Virus record (IMG/VR): IMGVR_UViG_3300033168_000203
Span: 1 to 45,525 of that record
Length of the DNA: 45,525 bases
From: a virus
Taxonomy: Duplodnaviria; Caudoviricetes
Reading direction: 5' to 3' (one strand)
The notes under the pieces were generated by a model. The model had not been told where the DNA came from, searched no databases, and saw nothing but the letters and a program-made list of their open reading frames with translations. Every line of letters begins with the position of its first letter. Positions within the stretch are counted from its first letter, which is position 1. Positions 8,484 to 16,643 of the stretch are shown here, piece after piece. Made by a program: the position numbers and the translations under genes.

Positions 8484-8794
8484 ACGCCTACGACGATTTC
8501 GACGACGCCACCCTGGAGAACCTGGCCCGTGAGGCCCGCTCCGGTCGGACGTTCACCTCCGAGGAGCTGGCCTTCACCGTCCATGACGCGAAGGAGTTTC
8601 GCCGCCTGCTCAAAGCCGACGCCCAGCAACACCTCCCCCTGAACTGGCAAGCATGGGCCGATGTACCCGAACCCGAGATGTCCCCGCTGCACAAGGTGGC
8701 TGTGTGGGTGCTACTGGACACCGCCGCAGTGTTGGTGTCGTTGGTGGTGGGCCGGATCGTGTGGCAGGGCATCAGTGCGGTGGTGGGGTCGTGA
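8480..8794 (+). CDS. Hypothetical protein with C-terminal TM helix
   Basis: 'VAVWVLLDTAAVLVSLVVGRIVW'. Confidence 0.65.
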   Translation: MNAYDDFDDATLENLAREARSGRTFTSEELAFTVHDAKEFRRLLKADAQQHLPLNWQAWADVPEPEMSPLHKVAVWVLLDTAAVLVSLVVGRIVWQGISAVVGS

Positions 8795-8997
8795 TCGCCC
8801 GGCGAACACCGGCCATCTGGGCGACCAAACGCGAGCTGACTGGCTCCTACGTCCGCTGCGGGGAGGACGACACCATCGAGGTGTTCATACCCAAAGCGGG
8901 GATGAGCGGTGTGCTGGTGAACCTTGGCGGTAGGCGTGAAGCGCGCCTGATCGCTCAGCGTATCAACGAGTGTCTGGATGGGACGGTAAAGCCATGA
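8791..8997 (+). CDS. Hypothetical protein
   Basis: GTGA/ATGA coupling on both sides. Confidence 0.65.
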   Translation: MIARRTPAIWATKRELTGSYVRCGEDDTIEVFIPKAGMSGVLVNLGGRREARLIAQRINECLDGTVKP

Positions 8998-9191
8998 GCG
9001 CCGAACAGAACTTCGAATCCACCACCTTAGACTGCCTCGCTCGCATCGGGGACAGCGTTGTGAACGTTTCCGGCGTGAACCCGTCCGCCACGGCAGTCGA
9101 GTACATCGATTTCGTCCTTGACTGCGACGAGGCTCGTTCCCTTGCTGTTGCTCTACTCGCCGCCGCTGACGCCAGTGAGGTGCAGCAATGA
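8994..9191 (+). CDS. Small protein, paralogous C-terminus with next gene
   Basis: Ends 'EARSLAVALLAAADASE'. Confidence 0.65.
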   Translation: MSAEQNFESTTLDCLARIGDSVVNVSGVNPSATAVEYIDFVLDCDEARSLAVALLAAADASEVQQ

Positions 9192-9388
9192 CCGTTGTGC
9201 AGGTGTACCAGCACCGCATGTTCCCACCGGACACCTTTGAGGTAGCGGCGAATCCTGGATCTTGGCTGGTGACCGCGGAGTTTACGACCATCACCGGCAC
9301 CGATGACCTGCACCTTGGCCCCTCTGAGGCGCGTTCCCTCGCTGCTGCTCTCCTGGCCGCCGCCGACGCCAGCGAGGCGACACCATGA
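9188..9388 (+). CDS. Small protein, paralogous C-terminus with previous gene
   Basis: Ends 'EARSLAAALLAAADASE'. Confidence 0.65.
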   Translation: MTVVQVYQHRMFPPDTFEVAANPGSWLVTAEFTTITGTDDLHLGPSEARSLAAALLAAADASEATP

Positions 9389-9582
9389 GTACCAGCAGGT
9401 ACGACTGCAACCATCCGGGATGCGGCCGGGGTAGAGCTACTGGGCATGCTATTCACCGCACATCGCCGAAGGGGCAACTCTTCTACGGGAGTTGCGAAGA
9501 GCATCTGAATCGACCTGTTGACACCGAGGTGGCTGTCGTTACTGATCCCATCGAGGACCGAAACCAAGGCATGAAGCGATGA
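9385..9582 (+). CDS. Small Cys/His protein
   Basis: 'CNHPGC...CEEH'; coupled. Confidence 0.6.
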   Translation: MSTSRYDCNHPGCGRGRATGHAIHRTSPKGQLFYGSCEEHLNRPVDTEVAVVTDPIEDRNQGMKR

Positions 9583-9707
9583 CCGCCTACATCTTGGCCA
9601 TGCGGATGCGCCGGGGTTTGGACGGCACCCGCATCCCGTTCACCCGCGCTGTGCGGTTCGCTCGTGTGGGGTTGGCGGACGCCGCAACACTGACCGGTCC
9701 ACGATGA
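9579..9707 (+). CDS. Small hypothetical protein (42 aa, not in ORF track)
   Basis: MTAYILAMRMRRGLDG...; ATGA overlaps at both ends. Confidence 0.5.
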   Translation: MTAYILAMRMRRGLDGTRIPFTRAVRFARVGLADAATLTGPR

Positions 9708-10162
9708 GCCTCACCGACCGTCGCGCCCAGCAGATCCTCCGCCCCTACGGCGGGTGGATGCTCACTGACATCCTCATTGACCCCGAGGCCGGCATTTCCG
9801 CCGCGAAGGGCAGCTTCTACGGCGCGACGGGCTACATGGTCGGAGGCGCCCGGTGCTGGATGCAGACGAGAGCCAAGGGCATCGAACTGGGCCAGGAAGA
9901 CCCCCGCGAGCTGTTGCCGTGGACACAGGTGAAGCGCATCGCCGCCAGCATTCCTGCCGAGCTTCGCGAGCGGTTGGCCGAGCACCGGCTGCGCTGTCGC
10001 CTGCATGCCGCTGGTGAGACGGCGGATTGGGGCCGGTGGATGGCCGAACGGGCAGCACTGCTCGCCGATGAGGGACGCCTGCACGACGAGGCGCTACCCC
10101 TATCGATTGCCGATGCTGAGCCGACTGACCTGCTCGAACTGCTGGCAGTAGGTGTCGCATGA
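9704..10162 (+). CDS. Hypothetical phage protein
   Basis: Coupled ORF in the early operon. Confidence 0.7.
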   Translation: MSLTDRRAQQILRPYGGWMLTDILIDPEAGISAAKGSFYGATGYMVGGARCWMQTRAKGIELGQEDPRELLPWTQVKRIAASIPAELRERLAEHRLRCRLHAAGETADWGRWMAERAALLADEGRLHDEALPLSIADAEPTDLLELLAVGVA

Positions 10163-10353
10163 CCGCCGACGAGCTGGCCCTGCGACTGGCCACCCTGGTG
10201 CCGAACCCGACGCAGGTCACGGAAACGGTGTGGGGTCCACCTTTGCCGGCGGATTCGTGCACGGAGGCGGACACCGCCACAGCGTGGGCACGTTGGTGCC
10301 GCGACCACACTGGAGGCCTCGCCGACCCTCGCCCGGACGGTGCGCATGAGTGA
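10159..10353 (+). CDS. Hypothetical protein
   Basis: ATGA-coupled ORF. Confidence 0.5.
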   Translation: MTADELALRLATLVPNPTQVTETVWGPPLPADSCTEADTATAWARWCRDHTGGLADPRPDGAHE

Positions 10354-10987
10354 CGACTTGTCCCCTGCTGAGCAGGTCCGCGCCGCACGGTGGGCGAGAG
10401 AATGGCTCCATGAACGCCGGTTCAACGAAGCGCGGGTTGCCATGGATCAACACATCGACATTCTTGATCCACCTGAGACGGTGGAGTCCCTACGGGCCGA
10501 GCGGGACGAAGCGCTAGCGGACGTTGCGCGCTACAAGGAGCAGTTCCGGCTTGTGTGCGATGAGTCGAAGAGCCTTGCGGTCGCACTGGACGCCATGCGC
10601 GATGAGCAGGACGAGGCGTTGGCCGAGATGGAGGAGGTCGGATCTGCTTGGCGGCAAGAGCAGATCATGCACCAAAAAGCGTGGGCCACGATCTGCAACT
10701 TGCAAGCCGAGTTGGCCGCCACGCTCCGCGACAACGAGCGGTTCGAGGGGGAGCAGGAAGAGCTCGTCCAAGCGCTCAACAAACTCAGTGCCGCCAACTA
10801 CACGATCGCCCGTCTCCGTGCCACTCACGGTGACGCTGAGGCCGCAGGGGAACGGTGCGAGCAGCAGCCGAGGATGTGGTACGAGGGCGACTCCGAGCCC
10901 GAGGGCGTGCAGCAGTACGTGGCGGACGGTGAAGGCGACCTCGTGCTCGACTGGGCTGAGTCCCTGACGGGGATGGTGGCGACGTGA
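10346..10987 (+). CDS. Coiled-coil protein
   Basis: Heptad-rich 'LRAERDEALA...MRDEQDEALA'. Confidence 0.7.
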   Translation: MSDDLSPAEQVRAARWAREWLHERRFNEARVAMDQHIDILDPPETVESLRAERDEALADVARYKEQFRLVCDESKSLAVALDAMRDEQDEALAEMEEVGSAWRQEQIMHQKAWATICNLQAELAATLRDNERFEGEQEELVQALNKLSAANYTIARLRATHGDAEAAGERCEQQPRMWYEGDSEPEGVQQYVADGEGDLVLDWAESLTGMVAT

Positions 10988-11166
10988 GCGACGATCCGAA
11001 ACTCTCCTTGTGCGAGTACAGGGGCAGCACCGTCGTGATCATTAAGCACCGCGACCGGGATGTGCAGGTCGCGTTCAGCCCCAAAGGCAAGTCCATTCAG
11101 GTGTGGATCGACGGCGAGAAGGTTGAGCCGTTTCTCAACGGGATCAACGGCGCGGTGAAGCGGTGA
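10984..11166 (+). CDS. Hypothetical protein
   Basis: GTGA-coupled ORF. Confidence 0.6.
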   Translation: MSDDPKLSLCEYRGSTVVIIKHRDRDVQVAFSPKGKSIQVWIDGEKVEPFLNGINGAVKR

Positions 11167-11537
11167 GCACCCACACGATCCGCTTGGGATTCGCCACGCC
11201 GCCGCTCACAAGCAACGGTCAGAGGCGAGCCCACTGGACTGTGGTGCGCAAGGCCAAGGTGGAGGTCGAAACCGACGTGTACTGGCGTGCGAAGGCCGCT
11301 CAGATAGCCGTACAGGCCCCCGTGGAGGTGTTCCTCACCTGGTACGCCAAAGACGCCCGCATCCGCGACTCAGATAGCGCAGCGCCGATGCTGAAAGCGT
11401 GTTTAGACGCGCTGGTCCTGGCCGATGTGCTCCCCGGTGATGATCACCGGTACGTCACCCGGTCTGGGTGCTCGGTGGTTGTGGACCGCGCCGACCCCCG
11501 CATAGAACTGAGCATTCGAGAGGTGGAGGCAGTGTGA
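11163..11537 (+). CDS. rusA: RusA-like Holliday junction resolvase
   Basis: 'PPLTSN', 'RDSDS..P.LKA.LDAL......PGDD..YV'. Confidence 0.85.
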   Translation: MSTHTIRLGFATPPLTSNGQRRAHWTVVRKAKVEVETDVYWRAKAAQIAVQAPVEVFLTWYAKDARIRDSDSAAPMLKACLDALVLADVLPGDDHRYVTRSGCSVVVDRADPRIELSIREVEAV

Positions 11538-11737
11538 AGCGGGGCAGCACCGACGCGGAAACCTGCCACCTCAACGGGTGGACTGTGGGCACTGTGCTAG
11601 TTGGGGATGAGGGGTACGGGCCGACCACCATTCGGATCACGGCGATCGGTGATGAAGCCATCCTGGCCCGGGCCGGAAGCCGACGTGAATCCACGTGGAC
11701 TCTGACCTGCCGTGAGTGGGAGGTGGTGGCAGCGTGA
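11534..11737 (+). CDS. Hypothetical protein
   Basis: 'NGWTVGTVLVGDEGYGPTTIRITAIG'; coupled. Confidence 0.65.
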   Translation: MKRGSTDAETCHLNGWTVGTVLVGDEGYGPTTIRITAIGDEAILARAGSRRESTWTLTCREWEVVAA

Positions 11738-11892
11738 GGTTCGGAAGATTCCGCGTCCTCTTCGGCGACGAAACGTCCGTACGCATCCTCATCAACGAGA
11801 ACGCGAAGATGACGCCCGGGAAGATGGCCGCGCAGGCTGTGCACGCCGCACTGCTCGCAAGCGATCGTGCCGCTGTTGGACGGCTCGCCTGA
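11734..11892 (+). CDS. 52-aa peptidyl-tRNA hydrolase II (PTH2)-like fragment, not in ORF track
   Basis: 'VRILINENAKMTPGKMAAQAVHAALLA' resembles the PTH2 N-terminal M..GK.AAQ..HA motif; GTGA and TGATG overlaps. Confidence 0.55.
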   Translation: MRFGRFRVLFGDETSVRILINENAKMTPGKMAAQAVHAALLASDRAAVGRLA

Positions 11893-12113
11893 TGAGTGAC
11901 GCGGAACCATCGTTTAGTCCGGAGCTGGCAGCCAAACGTGGCCACAGCGTGAGGTGGGAGCGGGTACCACCACCGGAGCCGTGCACCTCCCCGGACGGGC
12001 ACTGGTTGGCGGACATCATGGAGTGGGGCAGCAGCGTCCCATTTCTGGTGCGCTGCTGCCGCTGCGGACGTATCGGTGAGGTTGTTGTGTTCGAGGACGA
12101 GGAGGCCCCGTGA
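11892..12113 (+). CDS. Small Zn-binding protein
   Basis: 'C..DGHW...RCCRCG'. Confidence 0.55.
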   Translation: MSDAEPSFSPELAAKRGHSVRWERVPPPEPCTSPDGHWLADIMEWGSSVPFLVRCCRCGRIGEVVVFEDEEAP

Positions 12114-12634
12114 CCGCCGCGCAGCGTGTCATTGACGACATCGACGCCCTGGTCGATGAGCAGATGGCGGGCGGTGAGGCGGAGACGGGGTATTCCCGCT
12201 GCCGCTGCGGTGGCATGTGGCACGGCTTGCGCAAGGGCGGCTGCCCTGGCTCCGATAGCGAAGGCCCGCTGGTGGCGACTGGATTCACGTTCGGGAGTTG
12301 GCAAGATGTGCGGCAGGACATGGAGCCACTCATTTCAGCGTTCCGCGGCATCACTGCTGAGGTAAGTCGGGCGTGGGAGTCAATAAGGCGCACGTTTTTT
12401 GGCCTCCCGGACCCGCAGGCGCCGTCTCGTTGCGCCCTGGCCGCCCGGCGCCGCATGCATTCCGACCAGTTGCGGGTGCAGCGTCGTGCTGTCCGGCGGG
12501 AACGTCGAGCACGGCAACGGGAGGCGAAGTACGACCATCCCCTGGAGGTGCACGACGACCATGTGATCCTCACGCTGACCCCTGATGTGTCCGGTTTTCG
12601 TCGGGAATTGCGGAGGGCGTATGACCCATCCTGA
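12110..12634 (+). CDS. Hypothetical protein with CRCG..HGL..CPGSD motif
   Basis: 'VIDDIDALVDEQM...CRCGGMWHGL...CPGSDSEGP'. Confidence 0.7.
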   Translation: MTAAQRVIDDIDALVDEQMAGGEAETGYSRCRCGGMWHGLRKGGCPGSDSEGPLVATGFTFGSWQDVRQDMEPLISAFRGITAEVSRAWESIRRTFFGLPDPQAPSRCALAARRRMHSDQLRVQRRAVRRERRARQREAKYDHPLEVHDDHVILTLTPDVSGFRRELRRAYDPS

Positions 12635-13286
12635 GCGCACCACCACCGACACCCGCGAACGGTTGTCCGGGGTCCGGGAACAACTCGATGATGCTGTGCA
12701 AGACCTCATTGGTGTTCGGCATGGGACGATCACCGTGGACACACCCACCGGCACCACGATTCGGGCTGTGTACCGGGACAGTGTGTACACGGAGATGGTC
12801 GCAGCTTTACCGGGTGGGCAGGGCACACAGTTGGGCAGCACCGCCCGTTCGATGCCCCCACTGTGGGTGGACGGGTTGATCTGGCTCAACGATGTGCACG
12901 CCACGATCGACGTGTGGGTGCATACCTACCAACTCCGGGCTGACCTCACCGTCACCGAACAACTGGACGCATTGACCGCCCTCACCTGGCGGCCCCAGGA
13001 TGTGCCCCTCGTCCAGGACCACGCCGACACCATTCGCCGTTGGGTGCGCAACGGCACCACCCTGATCGACGGCGAAGAGCAACGGAAGATGGAGCTATGC
13101 GCCCCCTGTCCTCAGTGTGAAACCCGGTTCACTTACCGCAAAGACTCCGGCGGCGATGTGGTTCGGCTGGCTGCCCTGTCGATGACCGTCAAGGGCTGCG
13201 TGTGCCTCGTATGCCACGCGGAGTGGGGTCCACAACTCTACGAACACTTGGCCGCGGTACTTGGCTGCGAGCCTGTGACCAGGTAA
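12621..13286 (+). CDS. Zn-finger protein, candidate late-gene activator
   Basis: 'APCPQC...CLVCHAEW...LA.VLG'; last early gene before a non-coding gap. The function is inferred from position. Confidence 0.6.
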   Translation: MTHPERTTTDTRERLSGVREQLDDAVQDLIGVRHGTITVDTPTGTTIRAVYRDSVYTEMVAALPGGQGTQLGSTARSMPPLWVDGLIWLNDVHATIDVWVHTYQLRADLTVTEQLDALTALTWRPQDVPLVQDHADTIRRWVRNGTTLIDGEEQRKMELCAPCPQCETRFTYRKDSGGDVVRLAALSMTVKGCVCLVCHAEWGPQLYEHLAAVLGCEPVTR

Positions 13287-13435
13287 TGCGTTCGAGGCAC
13301 AGCCAAGGTTCGGTACTGGTCGGCGAGGGGGGTCATCCTCGACGTGCAGGAAGAGTCGGATCGCTTCTACCAGCAGATCATTGGACTGCAACGTACCCGG
13401 CGTGGCGTGAAACCACACCGATGTAATTTCTGATG

Positions 13436-13690
13436 TATGGTGGGCCTACGGCAGCAGTGACTCTCCAGCCAGCCGTACTCTTTCGTCCCCGCCACTGTCC
13501 GGGGACCGCCCCCGCTGTTGCGGCACGTCTCCACTCTTCATTGCGGACGGTCAACCCAACTGTGGGGGCACCAAGCGCGGCAGGGATCGTTTAGGGGACG
13601 CCCTGATCCCTGCCGGGAACAACGTCACAGCCAACGAGGCTGTGGAAGTGGAGTCAGGAGCCCTCCGGACGGTGGGTGGCCCGGCTCCGC
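13436..13690 (+). ncRNA. Putative late promoter and structured non-coding leader
   Basis: TATGGT -10 at 13436; hairpins 13485-13506, 13578-13615 (11-bp perfect stem), 13626-13644, 13657-13688; no convincing ORF. Confidence 0.35.
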
Positions 13691-13694
13691 GCAT

Positions 13695-13763
13695 ATGGGC
13701 GCATCTGGGATGCGGGCGGTCTCCAAAGCCGGTTCGAGTCAGGTTCGATTCCTGGCGCCCGTG
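13695..13763 (+). tRNA. tRNA-Trp(CCA)-like gene with shrunken D-arm
   Basis: Acceptor ATGGGCG/CGCCCGT; anticodon arm CGGT-CTCCAAA-GCCG; T-arm TCAGG-TTCGATT-CCTGG; D-arm only CATC-TGG-GATG; no encoded CCA end. Confidence 0.65.
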
Positions 13764-13764
13764 C

Positions 13765-13938
13765 TCAACCCTTCGGCGTCCACCCTGACGGCATCTTCGC
13801 GGATGCGTAGGCGAGCATGACCCGGATCATCTCTGAGCGGTTCACGCCCCGCTGAGCGGCCAGTGCGTCGATGTGGTCGCGGCCTGCTTCACTGAGCTTG
13901 AGGGCGACGAGCGGTCGTCGTGGGCCTGTGCGGGGCAT
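13765..13938 (-). CDS. Ribbon-helix-helix (CopG-like) regulator
   Basis: 'LVALKLSEAGRDHIDALAAQRGVNRSEMIRVML'. Confidence 0.85.
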   Translation of the reverse strand: MPRTGPRRPLVALKLSEAGRDHIDALAAQRGVNRSEMIRVMLAYASAKMPSGWTPKG

Positions 13939-14162
13939 CAGGCGCTCTCCGAGTCCTCGCCTAGGCACTCTTCGCAGTATTCGTAGGCTTGCTCTGGGTG
14001 CTCGCTGCAAATCTTCGCGGCGTACGCGCTTTCGTCCCAAGCTTCCTGGTCCTCAGCTCGGGCAGTCTCGCGGTAGTCACTCAGTGCGCCTTCGGCCTGT
14101 CGCATCGTCCAGAAGTCGCCCTCGATGAGGCCCTCGTCGTTGAAGATTCCATATTCGTCCAT
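13938..14162 (-). CDS. Small acidic Cys/His protein
   Basis: 'CSEHPEQAYEYCEEC'; TGATG-coupled to the RHH gene. Confidence 0.7.
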   Translation of the reverse strand: MDEYGIFNDEGLIEGDFWTMRQAEGALSDYRETARAEDQEAWDESAYAAKICSEHPEQAYEYCEECLGEDSESA

Positions 14163-14165
14163 GGT

Positions 14166-14342
14166 CTATACCTGCACTTTCACGAGTTGGTCGTGCCTGT
14201 AGCGGCGCCGAGTGACGCGGCCTTGACGTGTGGCCACCTGCGCGTAGAACCAGTTGAGCTGGTGCGAGGTGTTCAGGACGATCGCCCCGTCAGCGAGGAT
14301 GTCGAGTTCCCCCAGTGCCGTGGCCTTCACCGTCGTCGTCAT
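14166..14342 (-). CDS. Small hypothetical protein (58 aa, not in ORF track)
   Basis: MTTTVKATALGELDILADG...LVKVQV; ATG 7 nt after a -10 box. Confidence 0.6.
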   Translation of the reverse strand: MTTTVKATALGELDILADGAIVLNTSHQLNWFYAQVATRQGRVTRRRYRHDQLVKVQV

Positions 14343-14349
14343 GTATATA

Positions 14350-14379
14350 ACACTACCCCGTACCTGCTCGTAGTGTCAA
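14350..14379 (-). promoter_or_regulatory. Strong leftward SigA-type promoter with inverted-repeat operator
   Basis: Minus strand TTGACA-N18-TAGTGT; inverted repeat ACACTAC(14350)/GTAGTGT(14370) overlaps both boxes. Confidence 0.75.
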
Positions 14380-14415
14380 ACACTTTCGTAACCTTCTCGA
14401 CCAAGGTCGCTGACC

Positions 14416-14685
14416 ATGCCCGATGCTGTCGAAGCCCTCGCCGTTGCGCTGCTGTTGCGCCGGGACGACACCTACGCCGTGCAACTGTTGGCCGAGTTGG
14501 AGGCGCAGGGCTGGACCCTGGTGCACCTCCCCACAGTGGAGCAAGCCGCCGATGCCATCTGCCACCAGCGGTTCGATCCGTCCGGCCGCCATCGTGAGGA
14601 TCGTGACGCAGCCGCTGTCCTCGACTTGATTCGCAACGTGCACCCGTGTTGGACGATCCGCGGTGAGGTATCCCATGACGCATGA
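14416..14685 (+). CDS. Hypothetical protein
   Basis: AAGG RBS; first gene of the rightward accessory block. Confidence 0.6.
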   Translation: MPDAVEALAVALLLRRDDTYAVQLLAELEAQGWTLVHLPTVEQAADAICHQRFDPSGRHREDRDAAAVLDLIRNVHPCWTIRGEVSHDA

Positions 14686-14824
14686 CCTGGTTGCCGCCCT
14701 GTGCTGGGGTGTCATCGGTTCGGTGATGGTCGTTGCTGCGGGGGTAACGGCGATGATCATTGTCGCTGAGCGGTCTACCACCATCGGTTGGCGCCATGAT
14801 CCGTGCGAGTACCTGGAGGACTGA
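14675..14824 (+). CDS. Small single-TM protein (49 aa, not in ORF track)
   Basis: MTHDLVAALCWGVIGSVMVVAAGVTAMIIVAER; GAGG RBS; TGATG coupling. Confidence 0.55.
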   Translation: MTHDLVAALCWGVIGSVMVVAAGVTAMIIVAERSTTIGWRHDPCEYLED

Positions 14825-15027
14825 TGGCCATCACGTCCGACACCATCACGTTGTACGCCCAGCCCTGCGGCGACGCCCGGCACGGCCTCTGGTGCTCGTC
14901 TTGTCTCAAGCCCGCCCGGATCGAGACCGACCTGTTGATTATGAGCATGGACGGGTTGAGCCCGCTCGGCGTGTTCAGCATGTGCACCGACTGCGGCCTA
15001 CCCGGCACGTTGCACCGCGGTGACTGA
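14824..15027 (+). CDS. Small Zn-ribbon protein
   Basis: 'WCSSC...CTDCG'; GGAGG RBS. Confidence 0.6.
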   Translation: MAITSDTITLYAQPCGDARHGLWCSSCLKPARIETDLLIMSMDGLSPLGVFSMCTDCGLPGTLHRGD

Positions 15028-15238
15028 CGTGATGGCCGTGTCGAGCAAGTTCCATGGGCATTGCATCTCCTGGGCCATGACCAATACCCGCTGCTCACGT
15101 GTCGAAGCCACACAGTTCGCGGAGTGGGCGATGTTGCAGGCCGCTGCTGGTCGGATCACCCCACGCACCGAGTTTATGGCGGCGTGGGACGGTTGGGGTG
15201 AGTGGTGCGCCGAGCTGCACAGGATGGTGACAGCATGA
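15020..15238 (+). CDS. Hypothetical protein
   Basis: Coupled ORF. Confidence 0.5.
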   Translation: MTDVMAVSSKFHGHCISWAMTNTRCSRVEATQFAEWAMLQAAAGRITPRTEFMAAWDGWGEWCAELHRMVTA

Positions 15239-15510
15239 CGACCCCGACGTTCACCTACGACCCCGACGAGGAAGATAACCGTTGGGGACCGGGCGTGGCG
15301 TGGACACATCCCTGCACTGGAGCCTGCGGTGGGGTGTCGATGCAGCACATCCCGGTGGACCGGCCGTCACGCTGGGACACTCTGGGACGTAGCGACGCGC
15401 CCGTGTGGACGTTGGTCTCGGCTGATCCGCTGACGATCAGCCCGTCCCTGCTGTGTGGGGCTTGCGGCACTCACGGCTTCATCACTGACGGCAAGTGGGT
15501 CACGGCATGA
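15235..15510 (+). CDS. DUF6527-like small metal-binding protein
   Basis: 'W......PLTISPSLLCGACGTHGFITDGKW'. Confidence 0.6.
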   Translation: MTTPTFTYDPDEEDNRWGPGVAWTHPCTGACGGVSMQHIPVDRPSRWDTLGRSDAPVWTLVSADPLTISPSLLCGACGTHGFITDGKWVTA

Positions 15511-15737
15511 GCCTGCAGGTCGTGGCCGGTGTGCAGTCCCGCGAGTTCCTCCTCGCCACCATCGACCAAAAGCTGGCGTGGACCCGGTACTCCCGTGAGG
15601 TGTCCCGCCAGGTCGCCGCCGAATCCCACGACGAACCTGTCGCCGAGCAGATGGCGTTGACCAGGGTGCAAGTGATGACGGACAGCCTGAACTTCCTGCT
15701 CGAAAGACGGATTCGAATCAGCAAGGGGGCACTGTGA
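15507..15737 (+). CDS. Hypothetical helical protein
   Basis: Coupled ORF. Confidence 0.6.
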   Translation: MSLQVVAGVQSREFLLATIDQKLAWTRYSREVSRQVAAESHDEPVAEQMALTRVQVMTDSLNFLLERRIRISKGAL

Positions 15738-16042
15738 CGATCATCGTGGGCCTCGCTGGCGGGGTGTTCCTGCTGTGGGCTGTGTGGTGGGTTTACCGCG
15801 GCACCCCCAAACACGGCAAGCACTACACCACTGTGGCGCCCACAGTGGCCGCACACCATCCCCTGCCGCCCGCTGACCTCGCGACGGCTATGCACGAGGT
15901 GAGGGCATCGGGGATGCACGGCTCGGACGCCATGGCCGTGCTGAAGTCGGCGGCTGCCGGGGCCGACACGGCACCCCCACCACCCACCCGGCACACCCAC
16001 CGCGACCCCACCACCGGCCGCTACACACGCAAGGAGCAATGA
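15734..16042 (+). CDS. N-terminally membrane-anchored protein
   Basis: 'IIVGLAGGVFLLWAVWWVY'; C-terminal 'RDPTTGRYT'. Confidence 0.65.
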   Translation: MTIIVGLAGGVFLLWAVWWVYRGTPKHGKHYTTVAPTVAAHHPLPPADLATAMHEVRASGMHGSDAMAVLKSAAAGADTAPPPPTRHTHRDPTTGRYTRKEQ

Positions 16043-16266
16043 TGGCTGAGCTTGCCAAGTCTGCGGTGCTCAACCTCCGTGATTATGGGATCACCATCGG
16101 CGGCAAAGACTTCCCGTGGTTCGTTGGCGACAACATCAGCGTGGAAACCGAGACCCAGGGAACTGACACTGGGACGGCCTTCCGTCGCCTGCGCCTCGAT
16201 GTGCTAATCGATGGCGACGTCACCATCGAAGGCGACCCCGCGCAGCACCCGGACTACCGCCGATGA
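16039..16266 (+). CDS. Hypothetical protein
   Basis: AAGGAG RBS; coupled. Confidence 0.65.
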   Translation: MMAELAKSAVLNLRDYGITIGGKDFPWFVGDNISVETETQGTDTGTAFRRLRLDVLIDGDVTIEGDPAQHPDYRR

Positions 16267-16643
16267 TCCGCAGAGTCGACTGGACCCGACACCCCCACGT
16301 CCGCACCGGCGAACAACTCACCACCGGTGAACGTGCCGCCGACCGCGCAGTGCGCGTCATGGGATCGTGGGCGTTCCTCGCCGGACAGACCGTGCTCATC
16401 GTCGGGTGGATCATCCTCAACCTCGTTGGCATCGTCGCCCACTGGGACGAATATCCATTCATCCTGCTGAACCTGGCGTTCTCCACCCAAGCCGCCTATG
16501 CCGCACCGTTGATCTTGTTGGCGGCGCGTCGGCAAAACCAGCGTGCCGATGAGATGCAACGCGACGACCTCACCGCTGACCAAGCATCACTGGCGTTGCT
16601 GCGCAAGATCGCCGCCCACCTGAACATCGACACGGCGGCATGA
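16263..16643 (+). CDS. DUF1003 family membrane protein
   Basis: 'GERAAD....MGSW.F......WI.LN......WD.YPFILLNL.FS.QAAYAAPLIL.A..RQ'. Confidence 0.85.
   Translation: MIRRVDWTRHPHVRTGEQLTTGERAADRAVRVMGSWAFLAGQTVLIVGWIILNLVGIVAHWDEYPFILLNLAFSTQAAYAAPLILLAARRQNQRADEMQRDDLTADQASLALLRKIAAHLNIDTAA

Noticed and set aside
1341-16643. Many proteins ending in -A/-AA/-VA as degradation tags
   Set aside because: Mostly a by-product of GCATGA stop/start overlaps. Only Int and Cro, which lack such overlaps, were kept as tag candidates.
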